From the IMG/VR virus record IMGVR_UViG_3300050120_000361, positions 124,001 to 188,000 of that record: DNA of 64,000 nucleotides; one strand, given 5' to 3'. The position numbers were made by a program, and so were the translations under genes. Each line of letters opens with the position of its first letter. Within the stretch, counting starts at the first letter, position 1. The notes below the pieces were generated by a model. It was not told the origin of the DNA and ran no database searches. It worked only from the letters and a program-made list of their open reading frames with translations. Shown here in pieces: positions 21,134-31,725 of the stretch.

Positions 21134-24100
21134 ATGGGACAGAACATAGACACTCTCAAAAAGATAACGTACACCACAATGGACACGTTCCTCGAGGACC
21201 TTAACAGGAACTTCGCGGTAATACAGAATTCCCCATTGTATAAGGGCGTTCCCGGACAGGGTGGTCCAGAAGGCGACGACGGTACCGCCGGCACGCGCGG
21301 CTCTTCCTTCATTTTCGTTTCACTTCAGTCCTTCCAGGCGATATTCCCGAATGAGCTGCAGGCCGGAAGCGACATATCGCTGATATACCTGAACTCAAAG
21401 CTCGGAACGTTTGAGAACCAGCAGCTGCTGATGCAGGCCCTCGGGGTTACGCAGCTCGTGGACAAGGACATCGTGGTGCTGACTAACACCGAGATGCTCT
21501 CGTACTCTTACGGGGCAAACACGTTTTCGGACACTGGAATAGCCTTCAACCAGCAGACTTCCCTGGCGGCATCTATAGAGCAGGAGATTGAGACGTATGT
21601 GGCTTACTACGTGCAGAACAGTTCGGTAATCAACAGCATAAAGAACATATTCTCCGATTTCCAGTCGCTTGGCAAGAACTACCCGGACACCAACAACACA
21701 TTCACCACCACATCCATAACGGGCTCAACGGTGTACTCGCCGTACATACCCGGGTACAACAGCCAGATAGGCGTTCCGATAACTAACCACAAGTACTTCG
21801 GCTTCCAGGACAATGAGTTCCCTGTCAACAATGCAGGCACTACTGTCTTCGGCTCGATAAAGCAGTACTACAACATGCTGATGGCAACCGTCTCAACGGA
21901 CGGCAACAACACGCTGAACTCGGCATACGCTCCCGGCGTCAACAACATACCATCCGCCATATTCCTGCAGGACACCTACAACAACGGGCTGCTGGTCGGC
22001 TACAAGGGAAAGGCGAACCTGCGGAACTTCGGCTCCATATACAAGAATGAGGTAGACGAGTTCGTGATACAGTCGGACGCCGGCTCGCAGGACTCCGAGT
22101 ACAGCAAGCTCCTGCTGCACGCAACCTACATGAAGTACGCCAAGATCGTGTATTTCATGAACGACCTGCAGGTTAGCAGGGACCTGACGGTTGGGGGCGA
22201 CCTGGACACCAAGGCGGTAAACACCGGAAAGTACACTGCTGGCGCCAGTTCCGGCAACAGCTTCAACAGCGGGGTTTCCGAATTCGGCGTACAGGAGAGC
22301 GGCTCGGTGAACAAGTCCGTAGCTACAACCGAGCAATGGCCCAACTACCCGAGCGCCGTCCTCGTGGCGGACAGCGTTGGCAACATACTGAAGAGCTACG
22401 GCATTGAGACAGCCGCTGAGAATGGGGCTGACCTCGTGGACCTGGCGCCAATAACCGTAATACCGAACAGCTCGCACAGCATACTGACTTCGAACTATTT
22501 CTCGTTCCTTGCCCAGAAGATAAACGCCGTTACGACCTACGCCGCAAACAACTACTGGCGCAAGAACCAGTTCAATACCGGTGAAATATCGGACATTACG
22601 ACATCGGATTCGCTGAACACCACCGGCAATACCAACCTCAGCGCGATGCTCACGCTCGTAAAGAATACGGGAATAGCTACGCTTACGGCCAACCAGTTCA
22701 TTGACAATTCAGTGGCGAAGAAGTACGGCTTCTTCAAGGGAAACGTGTTCGTTACGGACGCTAACGGCAACCTGTCGCAGTCATACTTTTTGGACACCAT
22801 CTACCCGCCAGACAGCGAGATAACCTCACCCGCCGACCTGCCGATATACTCCACGTCATCGCAGACGCTTATATCCACGTACCATTACGCGCACCTCGCG
22901 CAGAAGATAAACGCCAACAACAGCAATTTGGCCGCCAACTACTGGTCCAAGGCTCAGTTCAGCACCTTCGCGATACCCAACCTGGCTCTCAGCGGCGACC
23001 TTTCCGCAAGGGGCAGCGTGGACTTCTCGCCGAACGGTGGCTCAAGCGTTTTCCACATAGACAATACCGCTGGCTCGATGACAATCGGCTCGACCACCTC
23101 ACAGGTAGTTGTGCAGACGAACTCGTTAAAGCTGCAGCAGTTTCCAAGCAATGTGATAGTCACCGACGGTGCGGGAAACGTGGTGAACACCTACTCCATT
23201 GAGACCAACCAGTTCGCTTCGGGGGACCAGGCCGACGCCAACCCAATAACGGTGAACGTCACATCGGGCAGCAAGATACCCACTTCGGCCAATGTCGGAT
23301 GGCTCGCCACAAAGCTCAACAATTTCATGGCGTGGGTTCAGGCCAATTACTGGAACAGGACCCAATTGTCCAATGGCTCCGTAAGCGACATAAGGGCGAC
23401 CAACTCAATAAAATCCGACAACATACTCCAGGCGGGCAACTCCTCGGACACTACGTTTTCCGCTAACGGTTCTACGGCCGTTCTTGGCAAGTCAAACGGC
23501 TCTACCACGATACGCGGCTCGGTCATAAACTTCGCCAACCAGCCTTCAATAGTTCTGACAACAGACGCGTCAGGCAACCTCACGGGAAGCTACACCATTG
23601 AAACCGCAAAGCCTGTGTACACTTCTCAGTCGGACATTACCAACAACTACTGGGCCACAGGAGCGAGCGCATTCGACACGGTTGCCTCATCTGCTGGCGG
23701 CGTTGTAACATCGGATATGTTCCTGTTCATAATGCGGAACTTCAACTCCGTAAGGCAGCTCCTGTTCAACAGGCCGACCTATGCGGAGCTGAACAGCGTG
23801 CTGCCATCTGGTTCGATAATCATGTGGACTAACAAGACCGGCTCGGTTCCATCCAACTTCACCATATGCGACGGCAGGGCCCTCGGCGGAAGCGGCGGCC
23901 TGATATTCACCGACAACCTGATAGACAAGTTCATTAAGGGCTCTCTTACCCCTGCGGTCGATGGCGGAAACGCGGGCCACCAACAGGTCCTTGTAACAGC
24001 CAACCTTGCGGCACACGGGCACAATGTGACAGTGGATGCGGGCGGCCTGCACACCCACAACGTAGAAGTAGGAGGAGGCCACACGCACACCCTGGCTCTT

Positions 24101-24325
24101 ACGAGATCGCCGTACCACACATACGGTTCAGGGTCTGACACGCCATACATATCTGGTCCTGGTGCTCAAGACATTCTTGGAACAAGCAACCAGGGAAGTC
24201 ACAGCCACGTCATAGACTATGACGGAACCCATTCGCACACGGCCACAGCCGACGCCGCGGGAAGCGGCACAGCTTTCAGCGTGGAGCCACAGAGCTACAC
24301 CGCCATATTCATCATGAAGAACTAA
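21134..24325 (+). CDS. baseplate / short tail fibre protein with collar domain and HxH tip
   Basis: LPSGSIIMW...PSNFTICDG...DKFIKG collar motif; five HxH motifs; short G-x-x run near the N-terminus; internal repeats. Confidence 0.75.
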   Translation: MGQNIDTLKKITYTTMDTFLEDLNRNFAVIQNSPLYKGVPGQGGPEGDDGTAGTRGSSFIFVSLQSFQAIFPNELQAGSDISLIYLNSKLGTFENQQLLMQALGVTQLVDKDIVVLTNTEMLSYSYGANTFSDTGIAFNQQTSLAASIEQEIETYVAYYVQNSSVINSIKNIFSDFQSLGKNYPDTNNTFTTTSITGSTVYSPYIPGYNSQIGVPITNHKYFGFQDNEFPVNNAGTTVFGSIKQYYNMLMATVSTDGNNTLNSAYAPGVNNIPSAIFLQDTYNNGLLVGYKGKANLRNFGSIYKNEVDEFVIQSDAGSQDSEYSKLLLHATYMKYAKIVYFMNDLQVSRDLTVGGDLDTKAVNTGKYTAGASSGNSFNSGVSEFGVQESGSVNKSVATTEQWPNYPSAVLVADSVGNILKSYGIETAAENGADLVDLAPITVIPNSSHSILTSNYFSFLAQKINAVTTYAANNYWRKNQFNTGEISDITTSDSLNTTGNTNLSAMLTLVKNTGIATLTANQFIDNSVAKKYGFFKGNVFVTDANGNLSQSYFLDTIYPPDSEITSPADLPIYSTSSQTLISTYHYAHLAQKINANNSNLAANYWSKAQFSTFAIPNLALSGDLSARGSVDFSPNGGSSVFHIDNTAGSMTIGSTTSQVVVQTNSLKLQQFPSNVIVTDGAGNVVNTYSIETNQFASGDQADANPITVNVTSGSKIPTSANVGWLATKLNNFMAWVQANYWNRTQLSNGSVSDIRATNSIKSDNILQAGNSSDTTFSANGSTAVLGKSNGSTTIRGSVINFANQPSIVLTTDASGNLTGSYTIETAKPVYTSQSDITNNYWATGASAFDTVASSAGGVVTSDMFLFIMRNFNSVRQLLFNRPTYAELNSVLPSGSIIMWTNKTGSVPSNFTICDGRALGGSGGLIFTDNLIDKFIKGSLTPAVDGGNAGHQQVLVTANLAAHGHNVTVDAGGLHTHNVEVGGGHTHTLALTRSPYHTYGSGSDTPYISGPGAQDILGTSNQGSHSHVIDYDGTHSHTATADAAGSGTAFSVEPQSYTAIFIMKN

Positions 24326-24326
24326 T

Positions 24327-26111
24327 ATGTCAGAAAGCCAGGACATAGGGATATTTGAGGACGGCAACGACGGCTTCGCGAGCTATCAGGGAATGATTTT
24401 CTGGGAGAACGCGGTGCTGTACGTGGTCCAAAAATTCACCAAATTCGACATTGACAAGCTTTCGCTTGCGGTAGACCAGCAGGACCTTTTCGACATAAAG
24501 GCTGCCTACTCCTACGACAACAGGAACTGGAGCGAGCCGAAGCCGCTTGATGATTGGCAGGCAGAGAACGAGTACCTGCAGGCCAATGCTGAGTATCCGG
24601 ACCTGCAGTACGTTTGGATAAGCCTCTGGTTCATGAAGCGCGAGCCAAGCGACAGGGTTACGGACACGCTCTACATCAGGCAGAACACCGACAAGAACCT
24701 TTACATCTGCAGGGTTGCGGAAATATCATACAACGGTTCGTCTTTGGACTTCAACGACGAGGACGTGATACACGTGCGGCCGTTCCACAACGTAATAGAC
24801 AGGTACCCCAAATGGAACTTCTACGACAACCAGCAGGTGAACATACGCAGGTGGAAGGACATGTGCAGGTCCACGTTGTACAGTCATGGGCACGTTGCCG
24901 TTTGGTTTAAGACGCTGCCGGTTGAGTCCGCCACGCAAAACACCTTCGCTAACCATGTGATGAGGAACGTGGTTTCTATTAAGAAGCTGTTGGTGATTTC
25001 ACCGAACAACGAGATACCTTCAGAGAAGCAGGTCTACACCGAGTGGGACATGCCTCTGATGGACGATTTCGTTATCCACGTGGTTGACGAGCTCTTCAAG
25101 AACGCGTTCGGAGAGGACACGGTTCCCCTCCAGAAGGACTACCTGTACATACCAATGCTTGACAGGCTTTTCAAGGTGAGCAATGTGCAGCCCTCAGACA
25201 AGCGCTTCATGGGCAAGGTCGGTTGGTGGGAGTGTTACCTAGCAAAATACGAGGAGGACGCCACTGTGGGCATGAAGCCCGGTCTCCGTGAGGAAATGGA
25301 GCAATTCGATGGTATGGACGAAGCTCTTGAAGGCTTCAACGTCATTGAGGAGCTTGAGGACATGCGGGAAGATGCGGTGCTTGACGCCGAAAAGATCTCA
25401 CACCTAACGGCTGATGAGAAGAAGGCCGTCAACCAGAACTATTCTAACAAGCTAGTGGACAGCACCAATTTCGTTGACCTGAAGGACACTGAGAGCCAGC
25501 GCTCCCTTTACTCGAAGCGTCTCGACATAATTTCAGTAAACCCCGACGGCAATTCGCTCTTTCCGGTGACAATGTACAACTGCGCCGCGATAGGCTCAAG
25601 GGAGGTTGCGCTGACATACGACCTGAAGGACTACACGGCCACGAGCGGCAACAGGCTGACTGTCGGCGGGACTCTTTCATTCTCTTTTGATTTCGTTCTG
25701 CAGTCCAAATTCAACGGTGAACTGTTCGACCTGTCTCCCGCAATGACGCTCGTAATGTCGAGAGCGTGCAAGCTGTCCATAGTGCTAAACTCCACGCAGG
25801 TTACCCAAAAGGCGGACTATGCCTTCGTTGCCGGCGAGTACTACAAGATTGAACTGGATTGGACCAAGTCAATAAACCAACTGGCTCTCAGGATATTTCT
25901 GCTGGCTGACGGGGCAAAAACCATAGCCTATCAGAACATATACATAGTGAATGGCGGACTCAATACCGACCCATTCGGCTCAACACCGCAGCAGCTGATA
26001 ATGTACGGCGGAAACTGGCTGTGCGGGCAGACAAAACTCGACATCGACGAAAAATCGATAATAGCCGACGCGGTTAACCCGATACTTGTTCTGAACAAGT
26101 TCGGCCTATAA
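24327..26111 (+). CDS. gp14: neck protein, T4 gp14-like, with extra domains
   Basis: FKNAFGEDTVPLQKDYLYIPMLDRLFKV resembles gp14 P.EGDL.Y.P....LFEI. Confidence 0.6.
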   Translation: MSESQDIGIFEDGNDGFASYQGMIFWENAVLYVVQKFTKFDIDKLSLAVDQQDLFDIKAAYSYDNRNWSEPKPLDDWQAENEYLQANAEYPDLQYVWISLWFMKREPSDRVTDTLYIRQNTDKNLYICRVAEISYNGSSLDFNDEDVIHVRPFHNVIDRYPKWNFYDNQQVNIRRWKDMCRSTLYSHGHVAVWFKTLPVESATQNTFANHVMRNVVSIKKLLVISPNNEIPSEKQVYTEWDMPLMDDFVIHVVDELFKNAFGEDTVPLQKDYLYIPMLDRLFKVSNVQPSDKRFMGKVGWWECYLAKYEEDATVGMKPGLREEMEQFDGMDEALEGFNVIEELEDMREDAVLDAEKISHLTADEKKAVNQNYSNKLVDSTNFVDLKDTESQRSLYSKRLDIISVNPDGNSLFPVTMYNCAAIGSREVALTYDLKDYTATSGNRLTVGGTLSFSFDFVLQSKFNGELFDLSPAMTLVMSRACKLSIVLNSTQVTQKADYAFVAGEYYKIELDWTKSINQLALRIFLLADGAKTIAYQNIYIVNGGLNTDPFGSTPQQLIMYGGNWLCGQTKLDIDEKSIIADAVNPILVLNKFGL

Positions 26112-26137
26112 CAAATACCATAACAGGATAACAAAGG

Positions 26138-26896
26138 ATGGAAAACAGCGAAGAAACATACCATCAGTATGAAGAAGAGGTAAACAGATACGCTCAGGAA
26201 AACCCCGAACCGGACGATGATTTGGATGACTTCGAGCAGATGGAGGACCCGGGAACGGACTACTTTGCTTCGATAGACGAGCTGCCCACGGACGATGATG
26301 TCCTGAAGCTTACGGAATACGACGGCAATCTGGGCCTTCAGCCCACTAACGGCGTTGTTGCCGAGTACCGCGACATCGACATAGAGAAGGTCGACAAGAA
26401 GCACGAGATACAGGCGAAAAACTTCGTAACGCGAGTGACGAAGTTCATAATCGACTTCAAGGACGTAGAGCTTTCGGACAAGCACCAGCTGTACATCAAG
26501 GATGTGGCCAAGTTCCAGTTGGAGAACCTTGTCGACATGATGTCGCTGGTATCGGTCAATAAGGAAATGCTGGCCAACATAGTGCGCAGAGTCAACAGCA
26601 CACAGGCCGAGGACTACGCAATGATTGGCACATACAACAACCTTGTGACGCTTCACCTCAAATTGATGAAGGAGCTCCAGAACAGCTACAAGTCGCTTCC
26701 GAGCGTGCTCAAGAAAATGCGCACAGAGGTGCTTTGTAACCAGGAACTCGGTGACGCCACAGGACCGGAGCCCGGAGACGAGAAGGAGCCCATCACCGAG
26801 CAGTACGGAAGCCTGCAGTTCAACAACACTAAGCATCTGCTCAAGACATTGCGGGCGAAAAACGACGAGAAAACCGCCAATGCGCCTCAGCAATAG
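26138..26896 (+). CDS. possible terminase small subunit (gp16-like)
   Basis: Helical core; C-terminal FNNTKHLLKTL resembles the gp16 F.GST.EL.K.L tail; lies between gp14 and sheath. Confidence 0.35.
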   Translation: MENSEETYHQYEEEVNRYAQENPEPDDDLDDFEQMEDPGTDYFASIDELPTDDDVLKLTEYDGNLGLQPTNGVVAEYRDIDIEKVDKKHEIQAKNFVTRVTKFIIDFKDVELSDKHQLYIKDVAKFQLENLVDMMSLVSVNKEMLANIVRRVNSTQAEDYAMIGTYNNLVTLHLKLMKELQNSYKSLPSVLKKMRTEVLCNQELGDATGPEPGDEKEPITEQYGSLQFNNTKHLLKTLRAKNDEKTANAPQQ

Positions 26897-26899
26897 ATA
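26894..26899 (+). promoter_or_regulatory. putative late promoter TAGATA (sheath)
   Basis: CAATAGATAA is identical upstream of the sheath and tube genes. Confidence 0.55.
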
Positions 26900-26947
26900 A
26901 AACAATAATAGTAAAAATATTCATAAACAAAAATAAAGCAAAAAATC

Positions 26948-29668
26948 ATGGACCCAAGGTTATTAGCAATTGCAGCCAAAGCTGCAGGAACTTACTTTAT
27001 CGTGACGGACAATTCGCTTGTTCAAACGACTGCAGTACCGCCTAACCTACGGATAATTTTTGTGAATGTACCGGCCGGTCCTGTTAATACGGTGGTGGTA
27101 TTTCAGCAAGGAGACACCGCAGGCCTGGCCTCAATATTCGGAACCGCTTCCCGCACGCAGGAGAAGAAGGGCAACTACTCACTTAGGACGTGCAACGACG
27201 CGCTTGTCGGCGGACCGATAGGAGTGATAAACCTGCGCGTCTTCGCTTCAGAAGACCTTGTGGGAGTCGCCGGCATATCACCTAACAGCACCTTTTTGGA
27301 GGACAAGACCACGGCTTACGCCAACGTCTTCAACACCAATGGCTTCTGGACGGCCCAGGCCAAAAACATAGCTCCGCTGATGTCCCGCGCCAACTACCTG
27401 AACTTCGCAAACGTCGGAGCTTCGAACGTCAGCATATTCGTCACCTCGGCAATACCGGCCAACTACCAGTCGCTTACCAGCCAGTACGGCAACACGCTTA
27501 CGGCTATGAGCCTGAGCGTTGACGACTATCCTGGTTTGGACATGGGCATCAAGCTGGCCGACACATTCGTTGACGTTTACGTTTTCGCGAACACTTTCGA
27601 CCCGCAGACGGTTTCAACCAACCGCTACTACGGCCAGCTGTTCAACAGCGACGGGAGCATCAACTACGAGAACCTCCCTGCCCTTTCGCTCATACCTGAG
27701 TCCGGCTTCATACGCACAATCACTGGCTCACTGCTGCCAAACCTCCTGAGCGAAAGCGCGGCCGATTTGTCAATAGACACGCTGATGAACACGCTGTACC
27801 CTCAAACGGGCGTGATAGCGCACATCAATGATGATTTGCTGGAAACCGATTTGACCGAGCCGCCCGTGCTCAACGTTAACGCCACGGACGTGTACAACGC
27901 CGACGGCACGCTTAACCAGCTCACAGGTTCGAGCATCAGCATACTGTCGCACATGTTCAAGGAAATCGACGGAATGCCTACGGTTGACCTGGATGAGGTT
28001 CACGACGCTGACGTTGTGGGCATGAACACCCACCTGTTGCTTTCGGTTACTGGCACTATCTTCCAGGACGGCCAGGAAAACGGGAACAAGATACTCTCAA
28101 TCTACGAGCAGGGCACGCGCATTGGCGACGAGATCGTTTTCGAGGATTTGGACACCGAGGACACCAAAACGGTTGTCGTTACTGGCCTTTCCATCATTGA
28201 GCAGAACGTCGCTACGGACCCAATAACGCTTGCGGCCCTTGCCAAGACCGTACTCACTATACCACAGCCCACAGACACCATTTCAGTTGTGTTGGATTGG
28301 ACGGCGGTTACGCACGCGGACACTTACAGCGTGTACCGCAAGAAATCTACCGACTCGGCTTGGGTACTCCTGCAGGGCGCGATTTCAGCGCTTACCTACA
28401 CTGACACGACTGTTCAGCCTTCATTCACATACCAATACTACGTGTTGGCAGTGAACGCCGCGGCGGCCTACGTGTCCAGCATATCAATAGCCAAGCAGAT
28501 AACCACCATTGCGGTTAACGGCGACCCAACCACAATTGGCGCTTCAACTGCGTCCAACAACCAACCGGCCGACCTTCCAACAACAATAGCTGGAACAAAG
28601 ACCTATTCGGTTGCCCTGCTTACCTGCTCTGGACCGGTTAACGCCGCGTCATACACCCGCAAGAAGCCATTCAAGACAATCGCCGGCATAGCCACCATGC
28701 CTTTCGGTCTTGTCGCTTACACGCCGCGTACGGCCCAATTCACCGACGGCACCTCGGCCACCCAGTCCGCGATACTCGACGTGATGAACACGCCGGGACT
28801 CGTTAAGGGCATAGCCGCTCTCGGCACGGCGCGCTACGTAGTGGACGCTTTCAAGTCCTTCGTTGAAGGGAGCTACAAGTACCAGTACGGCCAGTTGGCG
28901 TACACGCTCGACGCTAAGAACACTTTCGTCCGTAACATCATCAACGAGCCGTTCCTGCAGGACCTGCAGAAGTCCACCAACCCGCTGTTCTCGCAAGGGC
29001 CTGGCTTCCCATTCGACCCAAGCTACCTCGCGCAGGGCGGCAATCCGGACTTCTCCACAGTCCTGCTCTCCAAGTTCGGACAAGGCTCTGAGATGAGCTT
29101 CTTCTTCGGCTCCGGTAACGTTGACGCTAAGGGCAATGTGTCTCCGGTTGCGGGAATAGTGTCAAACGTGTTCATTAACAAGCAGTTCCCTTACGACGTT
29201 GCTGCCAATGCGAGCGGCTACCTGACAGGCATAACAGGCCTTGAGGACAGCCCCAACGGTTCCGACGACCGCCTGCCATATGAGCAGTTCCTCTGGAACC
29301 CGATAATAGCGCAGAAGGGAAGCTTCACGATATACGGCAACTTTACCGGCCAGAAAATCAACACCTCCCTTCAGGCCATACACAACTCTGAGCTGCTCGC
29401 CTACGTTAAGGGCACCCTGCTAGCGATGACCATTGACGACCCGTTCAAGAAGGGCCTGTACAACGAGTACCTCGCAACGCAGACCGAGGTCAACACTTTC
29501 ATCCAGAGCCTCGTGCTCGCGGGCGCGATACAGCCGAACCCTATCGTGATATGCGACGCCACCAACAACACCGTTGACGTGTCAAAGGCTAAAATCAAGC
29601 TGATACACGTAGAGTACACCGGCGTTGACTGCCTTGACAAGACTGTGTTTGATTTGAACCTGGACTAA
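26948..29668 (+). CDS. gp18: contractile tail sheath protein with inserted FN3 domain
   Basis: N-terminal AGTY; C-terminal WNPI...IYGN.T...SLQ.I...ELL and ICDATNNT sheath motifs. Confidence 0.85.
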   Translation: MDPRLLAIAAKAAGTYFIVTDNSLVQTTAVPPNLRIIFVNVPAGPVNTVVVFQQGDTAGLASIFGTASRTQEKKGNYSLRTCNDALVGGPIGVINLRVFASEDLVGVAGISPNSTFLEDKTTAYANVFNTNGFWTAQAKNIAPLMSRANYLNFANVGASNVSIFVTSAIPANYQSLTSQYGNTLTAMSLSVDDYPGLDMGIKLADTFVDVYVFANTFDPQTVSTNRYYGQLFNSDGSINYENLPALSLIPESGFIRTITGSLLPNLLSESAADLSIDTLMNTLYPQTGVIAHINDDLLETDLTEPPVLNVNATDVYNADGTLNQLTGSSISILSHMFKEIDGMPTVDLDEVHDADVVGMNTHLLLSVTGTIFQDGQENGNKILSIYEQGTRIGDEIVFEDLDTEDTKTVVVTGLSIIEQNVATDPITLAALAKTVLTIPQPTDTISVVLDWTAVTHADTYSVYRKKSTDSAWVLLQGAISALTYTDTTVQPSFTYQYYVLAVNAAAAYVSSISIAKQITTIAVNGDPTTIGASTASNNQPADLPTTIAGTKTYSVALLTCSGPVNAASYTRKKPFKTIAGIATMPFGLVAYTPRTAQFTDGTSATQSAILDVMNTPGLVKGIAALGTARYVVDAFKSFVEGSYKYQYGQLAYTLDAKNTFVRNIINEPFLQDLQKSTNPLFSQGPGFPFDPSYLAQGGNPDFSTVLLSKFGQGSEMSFFFGSGNVDAKGNVSPVAGIVSNVFINKQFPYDVAANASGYLTGITGLEDSPNGSDDRLPYEQFLWNPIIAQKGSFTIYGNFTGQKINTSLQAIHNSELLAYVKGTLLAMTIDDPFKKGLYNEYLATQTEVNTFIQSLVLAGAIQPNPIVICDATNNTVDVSKAKIKLIHVEYTGVDCLDKTVFDLNLD

Positions 29669-29693
29669 CCGGGCGGACAAGGAAACAAAAAAC

Positions 29694-29722
29694 AGGGAAA
29701 ACGGCGAAAATCCGTTTTCCCT
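29694..29722 (+). terminator. perfect 11-bp hairpin after the sheath gene
   Basis: AGGGAAAACGG-CGAAAAT-CCGTTTTCCCT. Confidence 0.6.
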
Positions 29723-29751
29723 AAATAACTTACTTATAAAACAAATAGGAT

Positions 29752-31014
29752 ATGAGAAACTTTTCTGAGCAGGACCCGGAACAGCTTATGCGGACTGACA
29801 GAGACTCATCCATTGAGAGGATATGCGAGAGCACCGGCCTTCCTATGGAAAACGTCGAAAAGATGTACGAGTCCATGAAGGCCGAAAAACTATCCGACAC
29901 TGCCATAGTTGAACATTTCGAAAAGGCCGCAAAGCCTAAGCAAATGGTGAGCTGCTCAGAGTTCTTCGGCTCTATGGTGGCCGGCATAAGCGGCGTCGAG
30001 GGAGACATGGACGACGTCAAGAGAACCGGCATAACCCGCGGAATACTCAGGGCGCTTGACGCGATGTCCACCGGCGTTGACGGCCAAATGCTCGACTCAA
30101 CGGAAATGCTCGCAGTGGTCAAGGGGCTTATAGAGATTAAGGACCCAAAGGCCAAGGGACTGCTGTCGACCGACGAGGAGGACAAACTGCTCATAGAGCC
30201 AGTAAGGCACGACTTTTCAAAGCTGAACGAGGCCACGACGCTTTCAATGCCTGAGGATGACGCCATGAATACAGTGGAACTGTTCGAGGGGCTTAAGCAC
30301 ATACTGGGCAAGAACACCCGCCGATGGGGAAACGCCTACAGGCTCACGAACTCATACGAGGCGATAATGAACTACATAGACGAGCAGACCAAGCAGATAC
30401 AGCTTGAGGCCTCGATAACGAGCGTGGACGACGGGTTCCACATCGAGCTCCTGAACGACCTTCTGACCGGCAACGTCAACCCCATATACAAGTCGATAAA
30501 CGGGGTTAGGCAGCTGATACCGGACGGGCAGACGCTGCTGTTCGATATGATACTGCTGGTGAACTCTTTCATGCAGCAGAACGACTACGCACTGCAGTAC
30601 ATAAGCAGGCAGAACGTGCTCGAGTACAAGACGGCCGCAAGGAACCTTCTGGCATCAATCTCGTCCTCGCGCCACCGCAGCAAGATTGTCTATGACAGCA
30701 TGCGCAAGAATAACTACGACGAGGGCTCCGCGGAAGGCTATGACAACAACTTAAAGTGCGGCGGCCCAAGCGGCTATGCAAGTCAGAACTTCCTTGAGGA
30801 GTACACTGGCAGCATAGACAGCGGAAAGCTGCAGAACTACGGCTGGAACCTTCCGCTCAAGGCTGTTGTGGACATGCTGAACCTAAGCAAGTCGATGTCT
30901 ACGGACTTCAACCTGAAGATACGCCCGCTAATACGCAACTTCGTGACCAAGGCCTACGGGCTGACTGGGCGCGTAGAGCGCGCGAAGAGGGAAGTGGCAA
31001 TGTTCAAGATATAG
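29752..31014 (+). CDS. hypothetical protein, possible virion/head protein
   Basis: 420-aa ORF between sheath and tube; KLNEA motif. Confidence 0.55.
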   Translation: MRNFSEQDPEQLMRTDRDSSIERICESTGLPMENVEKMYESMKAEKLSDTAIVEHFEKAAKPKQMVSCSEFFGSMVAGISGVEGDMDDVKRTGITRGILRALDAMSTGVDGQMLDSTEMLAVVKGLIEIKDPKAKGLLSTDEEDKLLIEPVRHDFSKLNEATTLSMPEDDAMNTVELFEGLKHILGKNTRRWGNAYRLTNSYEAIMNYIDEQTKQIQLEASITSVDDGFHIELLNDLLTGNVNPIYKSINGVRQLIPDGQTLLFDMILLVNSFMQQNDYALQYISRQNVLEYKTAARNLLASISSSRHRSKIVYDSMRKNNYDEGSAEGYDNNLKCGGPSGYASQNFLEEYTGSIDSGKLQNYGWNLPLKAVVDMLNLSKSMSTDFNLKIRPLIRNFVTKAYGLTGRVERAKREVAMFKI

Positions 31015-31023
31015 CCAAGGCAA

Positions 31024-31029
31024 TAGATA
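31024..31029 (+). promoter_or_regulatory. putative late promoter TAGATA (tube)
   Basis: CAATAGATAA, same as at the sheath gene. Confidence 0.55.
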
Positions 31030-31066
31030 ACAAACAGAAACAAGAACAATTTAAAAATCAAAAGAT

Positions 31067-31654
31067 ATGTCAAATTTGATTCAATTCCCGCACACCACTA
31101 ATTCAACAGCGGCTGTGCAACGCTACGAGCCCGTTATCAGCAGCAACTACAATGCGCACTTCGTGCTCATGGGCAACCTGAAAACCAAGCTCGGAGACTA
31201 CGGCTTCCTTTCGGAGTACATCAAGTCCGTTACGGGCCTGTTCGTTGAGAAGGCCGGCGGCTCAATCGAGGGCGGGTACAAATGGATAAAGTTCCGTTAC
31301 GACTCAAACGAGAAGGAGACGGTGTACGATGTGGTGGTTCAGTTCCACAACTTCCTGGACACCAACTCACGTATGTTCGTGTACAACGCGATAGTGGCCT
31401 GGTCACGCTTCAAGTACAACCCACTCACCGGCGAGAAGACGCTGAAGGCGGACTACGCCAACGCAGCCATCGTCGGCGAGAAGTTCAACCGCGACGGCAC
31501 CCTGTACTGGAGAAGGACCGGCCTGAACTGCTTTCCAATGTCGGAAATTGAGGACATGGCCATGGACTACGGCAACCACGAGGCCGGCGAATTGAGCTGC
31601 ACCTTCTCAGTGGATTACGTGCAGGACATCACCAACGACCCGCGCCTCGCGTAA
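31067..31654 (+). CDS. gp19: tail tube protein, gp19-like
   Basis: YNPLTGE..LK.DY, F.RDG, CFP, and terminal .TF.VDY motifs; about 195 aa; near the sheath gene. Confidence 0.8.
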   Translation: MSNLIQFPHTTNSTAAVQRYEPVISSNYNAHFVLMGNLKTKLGDYGFLSEYIKSVTGLFVEKAGGSIEGGYKWIKFRYDSNEKETVYDVVVQFHNFLDTNSRMFVYNAIVAWSRFKYNPLTGEKTLKADYANAAIVGEKFNRDGTLYWRRTGLNCFPMSEIEDMAMDYGNHEAGELSCTFSVDYVQDITNDPRLA

Positions 31655-31682
31655 ACTTAAGGGATTTGACATATCTTTCATT

Positions 31683-31708
31683 TGGTTTCAGTCTCTTGCC
31701 TGAAACCA
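31683..31708 (+). terminator. hairpin after the tail tube gene
   Basis: TGGTTTCAG-N8-CTGAAACCA. Confidence 0.5.
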
Positions 31709-31725
31709 TTAAACATATACGGTAA

